Assembly (NCBI GenBank): GCA_050951545.1
Contig: JBMNJG010000004.1
Location: 96,001-160,000 of the forward strand
Source of the DNA: Limnochordia bacterium
Lineage (GTDB): Bacteria > Bacillota > Limnochordia > DTU080
Length of the DNA stretch: 64,000 bases
Reading direction: 5' to 3'
Part shown: piece after piece, positions 1-9,218 of the stretch
How the letters are laid out: each line of letters begins with the position of its first letter
Numbering within the stretch: position 1 is the first letter of the stretch
Notes under the pieces: model-generated
The model's input: only the letters and a program-made list of their open reading frames with translations
Database searches by the model: none
What the model was told of the DNA's origin: nothing
Position numbers and translations under genes: made by a program

Positions 1-1032
1 ATCGAGGTACCTGAGGAGTTTCTTGTTAAGGTCGCTTCGCAACGGCAGCAGTTGGCCAGCCTTGAACTTCATGGTGAGCCAGGACAGGTCCTTGGCATGG
101 ATCACAACCAACGTGACGTTGTTCTTCTCACACAATTCACGCTTGGTCTTGTCACGTTCCATCTGCTTGGCGACCACGTCAGCCGAGAACCGTTTGGTAG
201 GGGTGTAGTGCTGTGGCCCGTTAAACTCAAAAGCCACCGCCTCGAGGTCATAGTGGCGGTCGAGCTCCAGTAACATGCCAGTAGCCGGGTTGACTAGAAA
301 ACGGGGAGACGCGTTGTCTTTGTGGTCATCGGAGTCGAAAATAGCCGATAGGTATTCCTGCATCAAGGCCTGTCCGAAGAACTCAGCCTCGTCGAGTCGC
401 TGCTGCGCCGCTAGCAGTTCATCCATGTACCTGCGGGCGACCGGGTTGCAGAGGCTGAAGTAAATGGGAGCCTGCTTGTGCTCTTGCTGCATCTCCAGCC
501 AGCCCAGCTTGGCCAGTTGTCGAGCAGCCCGCTTGACCGTCTTGGCACCTAGACTCATCATCCGGGCCACAGACGCATATGTGAACACGCCCTGCAAATT
601 ACGGTAATCGGGCGTGGCCTGCAGTGCACCATAGACCACCTTGGCCTGAGCACTGACCTCCGTGGCGATGAGCAGCTCAGTAGGCATGACCACCCTTGGC
701 CCCGACAGCTCTCTTGCTGGGGCCTGGTTGACGCCTGTGGGCAGATTGTACCAGCCCTCAGTGGTTAGCTTTGCCGTAGCCTTGCGGACGGTGGGTCGGG
801 ACAAACCGGTACGAACAGCCAAGCGAGTGGGCGACAGACGAGCTCGCTGCCCCAATTCAGCGTCGAGTGTGAGGGCCAGCCAGACTACCTTATCCGTCGC
901 TCTTAACTGGCTAGTGAGCAGCAACGAGATCGGCACGCGAACCTCTTCGATATCCAAGGGCGCCACCTCCAGCCGGAATGTCTGTCCGTCGCCCGAATAC
1001 ATGTTCGACACACTCCGGTAGAGTTCCTCCAT
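1..1032 (-). CDS. Double wHTH + Vsr/DUF559-like putative nuclease, paralog of 18967-20037 (3' end outside window)
   Basis: Manual translation gives an open frame from ATG 1032 (or ATG 1002) to base 1: ...VRVPISLLLTSQLRATDKVVWLAL...LSPTRLAVRTGLSRPTVRKATAKLTTEGW...NPATGMLLELDRHYDLEAVAFEFNGPQHY.... It is colinear with the 18967-20037 protein and missing from the ORF track because there is no stop in the window. Confidence 0.85.
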   Translation of the reverse strand, partial: MEELYRSVSNMYSGDGQTFRLEVAPLDIEEVRVPISLLLTSQLRATDKVVWLALTLDAELGQRARLSPTRLAVRTGLSRPTVRKATAKLTTEGWYNLPTGVNQAPARELSGPRVVMPTELLIATEVSAQAKVVYGALQATPDYRNLQGVFTYASVARMMSLGAKTVKRAARQLAKLGWLEMQQEHKQAPIYFSLCNPVARRYMDELLAAQQRLDEAEFFGQALMQEYLSAIFDSDDHKDNASPRFLVNPATGMLLELDRHYDLEAVAFEFNGPQHYTPTKRFSADVVAKQMERDKTKRELCEKNNVTLVVIHAKDLSWLTMKFKAGQLLPLRSDLNKKLLRYLD

Positions 1033-1623
1033 CAAAAGGTCGATTCAGACAAGACCAGGGGCGGCGTGAACCCAGCTCTTGAAAGCGAGGCGCGATGGCA
1101 CGCTTTTCAGTCGTGAAGGGTTGCATCCGGGCGTTGTGCCACCGGCCCGCCATGGCTGGGCGCGGTGGGTCGGGACACGGACCCGTTATGTCATCTGATT
1201 CGGCAAGAAGCGGTCGATGCTCACCGACTTCGTATGCTAGATCCGCCGATTGTTGCGCGGGTATGTCGTCGGCCAACGGCATGCCTACCGCCCAGCCGAC
1301 CGCATAGGGGTGAACCGGGTGAAACGGGTGGACCCGTCTTTCAGGTCCGAAAGATTCTTGCCGGAGATACCTGCACGTACTCCTTCTGACAAAGAACTGC
1401 CCGCGGGCAGACAGTGGACGCTGACCACTGCGAGCTCGTCGGGCGTCGAGGCTGCCGTGCGCGCCCACTCGCCCCGAGCCAGAGGCCGTGCCCGATGCCC
1501 TTCACAGGGGAGCGCCCCGCCACGCGTGCCCACACGCCCGGCGCCAGGGGCGGCACTGACGGAGGAAAGGCGCTCGGTCAGCAAGAACACCAGAGTGATC
1601 CTGGCAGAGAAGGAGAGATGCCA

Positions 1624-2217
1624 ATGAACGTCTACGATGCCATTGTCTCTAGGCGCACGATCCGCAAGTTCAGACAGACGTCAATAGCGGAAGACACGTT
1701 GCGGAAATTGGTGGATGCTGCCCGCCTGGCACCGCAGGCAGCGAATCTTCAGCCTATCAAGTATGTGGTAGTGAACGACAAAGGCCTGCTAGATCCCATC
1801 TTTTCCACCACGAAGTGGGCTGGTTATCTTGCTCCAGAGGGAACACCGCAACCAGGGGAGCGGCCTGTCGCCTATGTGGTCGTTCTGGTTGACCGTGAGA
1901 TCCGAGACTCAGGCTACGAGACGGACGCGGGGGCGGCTGTAGAGAACCTGATACTGGCAGCCGTGGGTGAGGGTATCGGCAGTTGCTGGATCGGCTCTGT
2001 CGATCGCAATCGTGTGCGCGAGCTGCTAGATATCCCAGAGCGCTACATCATCCATACTCTGGTGGCCTTAGGGTACCCAGCTGAGTCTCCGGTAGCCATT
2101 GGTGCCGAAGGCTCTATCAGGTACTACAAGGACGAGGCGGGTACCCTGCATGTGCCCAAGCGCAGGCTCGAAGAGGTCATGTTCCGTAACCGCATGGAGC
2201 GCATAGGCGAGAAGTGA
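1624..2217 (+). CDS. Nitroreductase family protein
   Basis: IVSRRTIRKF, AARLAPQAANLQP and GIGSCWIG motifs; AGGAG RBS before ATG 1624. Confidence 0.9.
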   Translation: MNVYDAIVSRRTIRKFRQTSIAEDTLRKLVDAARLAPQAANLQPIKYVVVNDKGLLDPIFSTTKWAGYLAPEGTPQPGERPVAYVVVLVDREIRDSGYETDAGAAVENLILAAVGEGIGSCWIGSVDRNRVRELLDIPERYIIHTLVALGYPAESPVAIGAEGSIRYYKDEAGTLHVPKRRLEEVMFRNRMERIGEK

Positions 2218-2336
2218 GGAATTTGGATCCATTGATCGATGCCCCTATCGCGCGAAGCGAGGACCAGAGGCGGTAGGGGCATCAGTGGGCCGCGAGCCCC
2301 TCTAACGCGGCTTGTTGGGTGTCGCAAAGGCTGGTG

Positions 2337-2396
2337 GTTGGGGTGGGGTCGCTCTACGTGTACGATCTCGAGCAGCTGCTTTTCATGTTTGAACAT
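2337..2396 (-). pseudogene. 5' remnant of a manganese catalase family gene
   Basis: Strong AAGGAGG RBS then MFKHEKQLLEIVHVERPHPN, resembling Mn-catalase N-termini (MFxHxKxL..V.VxxPxP); similarity is lost after about 20 codons. Confidence 0.5.
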
Positions 2397-2544
2397 GGGT
2401 AACCTCCTTATGCCATAGACGCCGTTGTAGTCTCCGCAATAGCCTGGTATCCGATGCACTTCGGATGGAAGGTGATCGTGGACTAAGGCGGGAAAGACTC
2501 CAGCAAGGGGTGCTGGATGGCGAGCCCAGGAGGGGGCTAGGGAA

Positions 2545-2919
2545 GTGGAGATACGCCCAAACATCATTGTGGCACTGGGATACGGCAAGTACGTCAGATC
2601 GGATAAGATCGTAGGTTTGGAGCCCATTGATGAGCATGAGAACCGTGGTCCCCGAAGACGGACACGGGTGTTCGTTGAGGACCGCCCTGAACCCGTGATT
2701 GCCTCGCGTACAGAGGTTACGGTCTTGCGTGACATGGTAGAGGTGCCCCGCGAACTAGTGGAAGCGCGCGGTGCGATTGAGCTGCTTGAAGATATCATGC
2801 AGGATCTGAGCGAGGTAGGCCCCATGCTTCGGCGGAGCATTCGGGATGAGGCTGGCCTTGACATTGATACCATTATCCGGCGCATACGCGGGGTGATCGG
2901 TCGTGAAGCCGAAGACTGA
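2545..2919 (+). CDS. Hypothetical protein, weakly RemA/DUF370-like
   Basis: GGAGG RBS; IVALGYGKYVRSDKIVGL...RRTRVFV...VIAS resembles the DUF370 pattern. Confidence 0.6.
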   Translation: MEIRPNIIVALGYGKYVRSDKIVGLEPIDEHENRGPRRRTRVFVEDRPEPVIASRTEVTVLRDMVEVPRELVEARGAIELLEDIMQDLSEVGPMLRRSIRDEAGLDIDTIIRRIRGVIGREAED

Positions 2920-3148
2920 CCCAGTTTGCAGCGTACCGTGGTCATAGTGCAAGAACACGCTTGGCTCGCGCAACCACGCCCCGACAGGTGGCCGCAGTCT
3001 TTGTCCGGCGGCGATTTCCTCCCAGCCTCGGAAGGCGAAGCCGGTGAGCATCGGCTGAGTCTCGCCGCACCGGTGAACGTCGCCGAAGCAGACAAGAGGA
3101 CTGCCTGAAGAGCAGCCCTCTTGTCACCAGCTGGTATCTGACTGGTTG

Positions 3149-3664
3149 TCAGGATCGGTCGCGGATTTTCGTCGACTTGGCGCCCTTGCTACGAAGGATG
3201 CTAGCAGCTTCTTCGGCACGTGACTGGTCGGTTTCGACTACCGCAAGGGTGCTGCCTCCTCTGATCTCGTTTTCGATGTCACGACCTTCATTTTCCGGAA
3301 TGCCGAGATCGATCAAGCCACCCGCCAAACCTCCGGTCAGCGCTCCGCCTAAGGTCGCAGCTAAGGGACCCATAGCGACGATTGGGCCAATTCCGGGAAT
3401 CGCCAGAGCGCCAGCACTTAGCGCAAGTCCCGTGGCGCCTCCCAAAGCTCCGCCCCAGGTGGTGCCGCTGCTCACATCGCTGTCGATACCGATGTCGCCT
3501 GTCTCGAAGTCGTTTCCGGAACGGTCTTTACCTGCACCACCGCCTGATCGCTCATCCTTGGCGATCAGGGATATCTCCTCATGGTTGAAGTTTTTTGCAC
3601 GCAGTTCGCTGACTGCCTCTTCGGCTTGCTGCCTTGAATCGAATAGACCAACCACAGTCTTCAA
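3149..3664 (-). CDS. General stress protein (YflT-like with Gly-rich membrane hairpin)
   Basis: KTVVGLFDSRQQAEEAVSEL...GALAIPGIGPIVAMGPL; GAGGAGG RBS, TTG start. Confidence 0.85.
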   Translation of the reverse strand: MKTVVGLFDSRQQAEEAVSELRAKNFNHEEISLIAKDERSGGGAGKDRSGNDFETGDIGIDSDVSSGTTWGGALGGATGLALSAGALAIPGIGPIVAMGPLAATLGGALTGGLAGGLIDLGIPENEGRDIENEIRGGSTLAVVETDQSRAEEAASILRSKGAKSTKIRDRS

Positions 3665-3820
3665 CGCACATCCTCCTCACATTGGGTGCTCGTCGATTGC
3701 CTGGGCACCTATTGGAGTGTCCTTGCTTAGAGTCCCAACTCTGCCGTTTTCCATACCCACTATCTGCAGGTGTTGGCCAGTACAGGCGGTTAGGCTCTCG
3801 AGGATGCGCAGAGAGAGTGT

Positions 3821-5014
3821 CTACTTCCTACCGAGCTCGGTTCGAACTAGCTGGTCGATGAGTATCTGTGTCTCCTGGGGCGAGCGCGTTCCTTGCATCA
3901 TCTGTGAAAGGAATGTGTGGGTTGTGGGGTAGATGCTTGGCCATCTCCCGTTCATGGTAGAGCGATGGATAGAACCGCCTTCGGTCACTGTCTGCATAAT
4001 CACCTCAGGCCTGGCGTTGGCATGCTGACCACCGAAGTAGCGCTGGGCCCAAGGCTTCAGGTTGGCGATGGCTCCAGGCACACGCCCCGTAGCCAAGACC
4101 CACTTCCAGTTATTGTCCGGTTGAGAGATCCAGCGGAAGAACCCCCAGACCTCCTCTTTATGTCTGGAACCGCTGAACATGCCAAACCCCATGGGGATAT
4201 AGGTAGCCACGGGCTCGTCGATGGGTCTTGGGTTAGCCATGAATGCCCAATCGACGTCGAATTGCAGCATGGCTGGGAGGCTCCACAGACCGTAGTTGCT
4301 CATAGCTGCCGTTCCTGCTTGGAGGTTGCCTCCCATGACGCCCGCCCGAGCCAGGGTTTGCACATCCGTCAGAGCGCGACCTACGGCCTCGCTGAGCGCG
4401 GTCGATGCGGTCGCCGACTCATTCATGATGAAGCAGTCCCACCACAGAAGCCATTTGTCGAAATAGGGAAGACTTGCGAGGCCCCAACGATCGGGTATGC
4501 CATCGCCGTCGCTATCACGCGTGAGCTTGCGCGCGGCATCGCTGAACCTACGCCAGGTGAAACTGGCGTCCCTAAATTCAGCGGGAGGGGGCTCAAGGCC
4601 GCCTTCAGCAAAGCGATGGATGTTAAAGACCATGGGGTCGCCGCTGATCACCGCTGGAACTGCTAGCTGCTGGCCGTTGAAGTTAAATGCCTGAACCATG
4701 GGTTGAGGAAAGGCACTGAGGGCGCGCGGCTCTCTTTTCATGAAGGGTGTGAGGTCTTCAAGAGCTCCTGTGCCTACGTACCAGCCGATGTCGGAGCTAC
4801 CCATTGTGAAGTCGTGTACGGCCCCAGCTGACGTACGCACGAGAACCTGCTCAAACTTAGAGATCTCGCTTCCGGGCGATACCTCAAGTACGAATCTGGC
4901 ACCGGAGATGGTGGCGCTGTACTCATCAAGAAGGCTTCCGATATCTTCGGGATTGCCCACCCACATGAACAGACTGATCTCTACTGGGGCCGCGTGAGAG
5001 GCTGCAGCGAACAC
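3821..5014 (-). CDS. ABC sugar-type solute-binding protein (signal peptide apparently truncated)
   Basis: SBP family 1 pattern: LEDLTPFM, DSDGDGIPDRWG, SRHKEEVWGFFRW. Confidence 0.8.
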   Translation of the reverse strand: MFAAASHAAPVEISLFMWVGNPEDIGSLLDEYSATISGARFVLEVSPGSEISKFEQVLVRTSAGAVHDFTMGSSDIGWYVGTGALEDLTPFMKREPRALSAFPQPMVQAFNFNGQQLAVPAVISGDPMVFNIHRFAEGGLEPPPAEFRDASFTWRRFSDAARKLTRDSDGDGIPDRWGLASLPYFDKWLLWWDCFIMNESATASTALSEAVGRALTDVQTLARAGVMGGNLQAGTAAMSNYGLWSLPAMLQFDVDWAFMANPRPIDEPVATYIPMGFGMFSGSRHKEEVWGFFRWISQPDNNWKWVLATGRVPGAIANLKPWAQRYFGGQHANARPEVIMQTVTEGGSIHRSTMNGRWPSIYPTTHTFLSQMMQGTRSPQETQILIDQLVRTELGRK

Positions 5015-5177
5015 TGCCCATGCCTCTCAAGAGTGCTCATTTGCCCATTCTCTCAAGAGACCCCTGACGCGACAGCTGGTACAATGGGGAATATCGGGGT
5101 GATGCCGGACGCCAACGGTCGGGGAGGCCCGACATTTATCTGGGTAAGCTAGTTGGCTAGCCGTTTGAACCTGGCGT

Positions 5178-6218
5178 CTACAGGTACCGCTCAAAGAACG
5201 AAAAGGCTTTGTTACCCGCAAAGGCGTGTCGACTTGGGTGGATGTCAGCATCTAGGACATCGGCTGCTTCAGCCGCTTCGTAGATTCGTCTGACTCCCGC
5301 ATAGCCGGCGAGCAGGTCTTGGATGTAGAAACACTCGTCGTAGATGGCCATGTCGACCAGCAATGGGCGAGGGGCGATCAAGCCTGCAATGTCGTGAGTA
5401 TCGAAGTACTTGTAGATTTCAGGCACGATCTGGGAGCCGCAGAAGTTCCCCCGCTCGATGCCAAAGCGGGCAAAGGGGTTCACGTAGCCCATGATATTCG
5501 CTGCTTTGATCCTGGGCTCCACAGCCGTAGCAAAGGCGGTCATCGTCCCTCCGAAGCTCAGCCCCATCATACCGATGCGTTGGGGGTCTATCTCGGCGCG
5601 ACTCTCTAGGTAGTCGACACAGCACTTGATGTCCCAGATGTTCAGGGTCTGGGTGTAGATGCCCAATATGGATCCCTTGATGAAGTTGAGATTGCACACA
5701 TCCCGACGACCTGGAGCATCGTTGCGCTCACCGAAACCTCGTAACTCCGGCATGATCGTCAAGAAGCCCGCTCTAGCCATCTGTTCCCCGAAGTTGTAGT
5801 TCATCAGGGCAATCTGGCGGTCATACTCGGGGCCCAAACGAATCCCAGCAACAGGATCCTTGCCAAGGTCAACAGGATGACCGTTGCAGCAGATGATCGC
5901 TGCATTCTGCCTGTTTGGCTGCATGTGTTTGGGGCGTAATACAACACAGGGGACAGAGGCGTAGGCCTCGGAGTCGAAAATGACGCGTTCACGGATGAGA
6001 GCGCCTTCCTCGATGCTGTACTCCACGTCGGGAGCAAGATCGACTGGTTTCGGAAACTCACCTAGGATCTCCAGGAACTTCTCTAGAGCCTCGGTTCGCC
6101 AGGCTTCCCAGTCCGCTCTTGATTGGCCCTGGAATGACAGTAGAGGTATCCAGTTCTGGGTCTTCTGCCTCCAATACTCTGACAAGGAGAAATATCTGTT
6201 GGCTATTGGACTCACCAT
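5178..6218 (-). CDS. Alpha/beta hydrolase (dienelactone hydrolase / acetyl-esterase-like)
   Basis: GLSFGG nucleophile elbow, LIAPRPLL, terminal HAF. Confidence 0.85.
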   Translation of the reverse strand: MVSPIANRYFSLSEYWRQKTQNWIPLLSFQGQSRADWEAWRTEALEKFLEILGEFPKPVDLAPDVEYSIEEGALIRERVIFDSEAYASVPCVVLRPKHMQPNRQNAAIICCNGHPVDLGKDPVAGIRLGPEYDRQIALMNYNFGEQMARAGFLTIMPELRGFGERNDAPGRRDVCNLNFIKGSILGIYTQTLNIWDIKCCVDYLESRAEIDPQRIGMMGLSFGGTMTAFATAVEPRIKAANIMGYVNPFARFGIERGNFCGSQIVPEIYKYFDTHDIAGLIAPRPLLVDMAIYDECFYIQDLLAGYAGVRRIYEAAEAADVLDADIHPSRHAFAGNKAFSFFERYL

Positions 6219-6378
6219 CCTGCGATGTGGGGATCAACACTCGATTCGAGCGGCGGGCGGGCGATTCCTCTTGATCTTGCTCGGCATGCGATGTGTGAAG
6301 GAAAAGACGCTTGTCAAATGAAATGAACGCTTTGAGCGGCTTAGGTCCGATAAGTGATTGTCGAGGTGGTGCAGAATC

Positions 6379-8406
6379 ATGAGCCAATTGCGGATCGAGA
6401 AGCGGAACATGCTGGCAGGGAACCTTGGTCCCGAAAACCCCTTGCCGCCGCTTCGCCTGCCTGTTCGCAAGGCAAGCAGGCCTAAGGTGGACGAGAGCGT
6501 GCCTCAAGAGGCCCGTCGCTACTTGGGGTATGGTCTGGAAACGAGGGTGTTGCCATACAGTCTGCAGGACGCTTATGACCGTGATCGTCGCCCACGTGAT
6601 TTTCTGGTAGCTGTGTTAGAAAATGAGATTCTTCAGGCCACGTTCTTGCTAGAACACGGCGGCAGGCTCTGGTCACTAGTTCATCGGCCGTCAGGAAGAG
6701 AGTTGCTGTACAGAAACCCGGTGTTCCAGCCCGCCAACCTAGCGGTGCGTAACGCTTGGTTTAGTGGCGGTGTTGAGTGGAACGTGGGAGTGCGCGGTCA
6801 CACGCCTCTTACGTGTTCACCAGTCTTCGCGGCGCGGGTGAAGGGTGATGATGGATCACCTATCTTGCGTTTGTATGAGTGGGAACGCATCCGAGGCGTA
6901 CCCTATCAGCTCGACTTCTCACTGCCACCGGGTTCGCCATGGCTTTTTGTGCGTGTACGGCTAACAAACCCGCACGGCCACGAGATCCCCAACTACTGGT
7001 GGTCGAATATCGCCGTCCCCGAGAGCCCCGATGTGCGCGTGCTTGTGCCAGCGGATCACGCCTTTAACCATGCCTATCGTGGGGGAGTGCGCCGTGTTGC
7101 TGTTCCCTATGTGTCGGGTGTGGACGTCTCCTATCCCACCAACAACCCGGGTGCCACGGATTTCTTCTTTGACATCCCCGATGACCGCCGGCGCTGGATT
7201 GCGGCGCTTGATGGGCAGGGACGTGGCCTTATCCAGACCTCAACGCTAAGACAAAGGGGACGAAAGCTATTTGTATGGGGCATGAGTCATGGCGGTCGTC
7301 GCTGGCAGGATTTCCTTTCTATTCCGGGTCACCCCTACATTGAGATTCAGGCAGGGGTTGCTCGTACGCAGTGGGAATCCTTCCCCATGCAGCCCGGCGA
7401 GGAGATCGCATGGATGGAAGCCTACGGCCTCATGGAGGCTGATGCAGAGCTCGTGCATAGCGCTGATTGGCATCTGGCTCAGCAGGAGGTAGAGGGGCGC
7501 CTGCAGGCCATGTTGCCTGAAGCCTGGCTCGAAGAGGAACTCCGACGTACTCGGGCTGACGCCCAGAAACCACCGCAGGAGGTTGTGCATTACGGCTCGG
7601 GCTGGGGGGCGCTCGAACGTCGCAGACGCGAGCGTGCGGGTAAAGCTCCCTTTGCCTCAACCGCCCTGGTCTTTGATGATGCATCCTTGGGTAAAGATCA
7701 GTCACCATGGCTGGCGCTGCTAGAGAAAGGGGAATTACCCGTGCAGCATCCCGCAGAGCTGTGCGGGGGCTGGATGGTGCAAGTCGAGTGGCGCGAGCTT
7801 CTGGAGGAGGCCATCCGACAGGGGCGAAGTGATCACTGGTTGAGCTGGCTTCATCTTGGGGTGATGCGCTACCACGGCGGCGAAGTAGAGCCAGCACGGC
7901 AGGCCTGGCAGGAGTCCATGAGGCGGCAACCTTCGGCGTGGGCTTTGCGCAACTTGGCAGTGTTGGCTGTTCATGAGGACGATAGGGTTGCTGCTGCAGA
8001 GCTGTGGTTGCAGGCCTACCGCGAGGCGCCTGAGCTATCTTGGCTGGTAGTGGAATGTGCAAAAGGATTGCTTGACGCTGGTCGTTACGAAGACGTGGAG
8101 GGGCTTGTCGCTAGGGTGCCTGAGAGTATAGCTGCCCATGGTCGTCTACGGATCTACCGAGCCCAAGCTGCCTTCGAGACAGGCGACTTCGAAAAGGCTG
8201 AGGGGCTTCTGCGAAGTGATATTGAATTAAGCGATTTGAGAGAAGGCGAAGTGGTTCTCTCTGATCTATGGTACGCTATTCAGGAGCAACGCGTTGCAGG
8301 AGCAGAGGGCATCGCGGTGGATGAGAATCTGAGAAGGAGGGTACGGAGGGAGTCACCGTTACCACCGCACCTCGACTTCCGTATGAGTTCACAGAAGAAA
8401 GGCTAG
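6379..8406 (+). CDS. DUF5107-type protein with C-terminal TPR-like repeats
   Basis: VLENEIL...GGRLWSL...NPVFQPANLAVRNAWFSGGVEWN; helical repeats in the C-terminal third. Confidence 0.8.
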   Translation: MSQLRIEKRNMLAGNLGPENPLPPLRLPVRKASRPKVDESVPQEARRYLGYGLETRVLPYSLQDAYDRDRRPRDFLVAVLENEILQATFLLEHGGRLWSLVHRPSGRELLYRNPVFQPANLAVRNAWFSGGVEWNVGVRGHTPLTCSPVFAARVKGDDGSPILRLYEWERIRGVPYQLDFSLPPGSPWLFVRVRLTNPHGHEIPNYWWSNIAVPESPDVRVLVPADHAFNHAYRGGVRRVAVPYVSGVDVSYPTNNPGATDFFFDIPDDRRRWIAALDGQGRGLIQTSTLRQRGRKLFVWGMSHGGRRWQDFLSIPGHPYIEIQAGVARTQWESFPMQPGEEIAWMEAYGLMEADAELVHSADWHLAQQEVEGRLQAMLPEAWLEEELRRTRADAQKPPQEVVHYGSGWGALERRRRERAGKAPFASTALVFDDASLGKDQSPWLALLEKGELPVQHPAELCGGWMVQVEWRELLEEAIRQGRSDHWLSWLHLGVMRYHGGEVEPARQAWQESMRRQPSAWALRNLAVLAVHEDDRVAAAELWLQAYREAPELSWLVVECAKGLLDAGRYEDVEGLVARVPESIAAHGRLRIYRAQAAFETGDFEKAEGLLRSDIELSDLREGEVVLSDLWYAIQEQRVAGAEGIAVDENLRRRVRRESPLPPHLDFRMSSQKKG

Positions 8407-8474
8407 GGTTGTTTGCGGATCTCTCAAATGGGAGGGGGCATGGCAATTGTCGCTGGGACAATTGCCCGATCATT

Positions 8475-9218
8475 ATGAAAGGGATATTTCGAGGCTGGCC
8501 TCACCATGCCCGTGGGGCGGTGTCACTCTCCTTTGATGATGCTGTACCCTCACAGCTGGATCAGGCGATTCCAGTTCTCGATCGCTATGGGCTGAAGGGG
8601 ACTTTCTACGTCAATCCGGCGCGTGGCATGCGTTTTGAGCGGGTTGTTGAGCGATGGCGTCAGGCTCACGCGCATGGTCATGAACTAGGCAACCATACCT
8701 GCAAGCATTTCTGCAGTGGCAACTTTACGTTTGTGGGTGCTGATCGGGCGTTGGAGTTACTGCAGCTCGATGAAGTAGAGGCTGACATCTTGATGGCCGA
8801 GCGGATCATGGAGGAGCTGATACCGGGATTAAGGCCACACAGCTTCGCCTACCCTTGCGGCCAAACCTACGTGGGACGAGGCACTGAAAGGAAGTCCTAT
8901 GTGCCCTTGGTGGCTCAGCATTTCACGGTGGGCAGAGGGGTCGGCGAATCAGCCAATGACCCCCGGGTGTGTGACCTTCAGTGCTTGAGTTCGTGGATGG
9001 TGAAAGGACTTAGTGGCGACGAGCTGATTGCCATGTTGGCCCCAGTGCTGGAGGCTGGGCATTGGGCGGTCTTCTGTTTCCATGGAATTGGCGGTGACCA
9101 TATCCGGATTGATACAGAACCGTTTGAACAACTCATAGCCTATCTGGCAGACCCTGCTCATGAACTCTGGGTTGATACTGTGCAACGCGTGGGCGAGTAT
9201 GTGCGAAGGGTGCAGTGA
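8475..9218 (+). CDS. Polysaccharide deacetylase family protein
   Basis: SLSFDD, GHELGNHT, FAYPCG and FCFHG NodB-type motifs. Confidence 0.85.
   Translation: MKGIFRGWPHHARGAVSLSFDDAVPSQLDQAIPVLDRYGLKGTFYVNPARGMRFERVVERWRQAHAHGHELGNHTCKHFCSGNFTFVGADRALELLQLDEVEADILMAERIMEELIPGLRPHSFAYPCGQTYVGRGTERKSYVPLVAQHFTVGRGVGESANDPRVCDLQCLSSWMVKGLSGDELIAMLAPVLEAGHWAVFCFHGIGGDHIRIDTEPFEQLIAYLADPAHELWVDTVQRVGEYVRRVQ

Noticed and set aside
1033-1610. Degenerate 405-bp unit upstream of the first paralog
   Set aside because: Only short, weak matches (CATCCGG near 1124, CACGTAC near 1374), not convincing without an alignment.
911-1627. ORFs 911-1468, 1250-1627 and the long N-terminal extension of the nitroreductase
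   Set aside because: Pro/Arg-rich shadow ORFs in GC-rich DNA; the RBS supports a start at 1624.
2124-3932. Long ORFs 2124-3095 (-) and 3177-3932 (+)
   Set aside because: Antisense shadows of better-supported genes.
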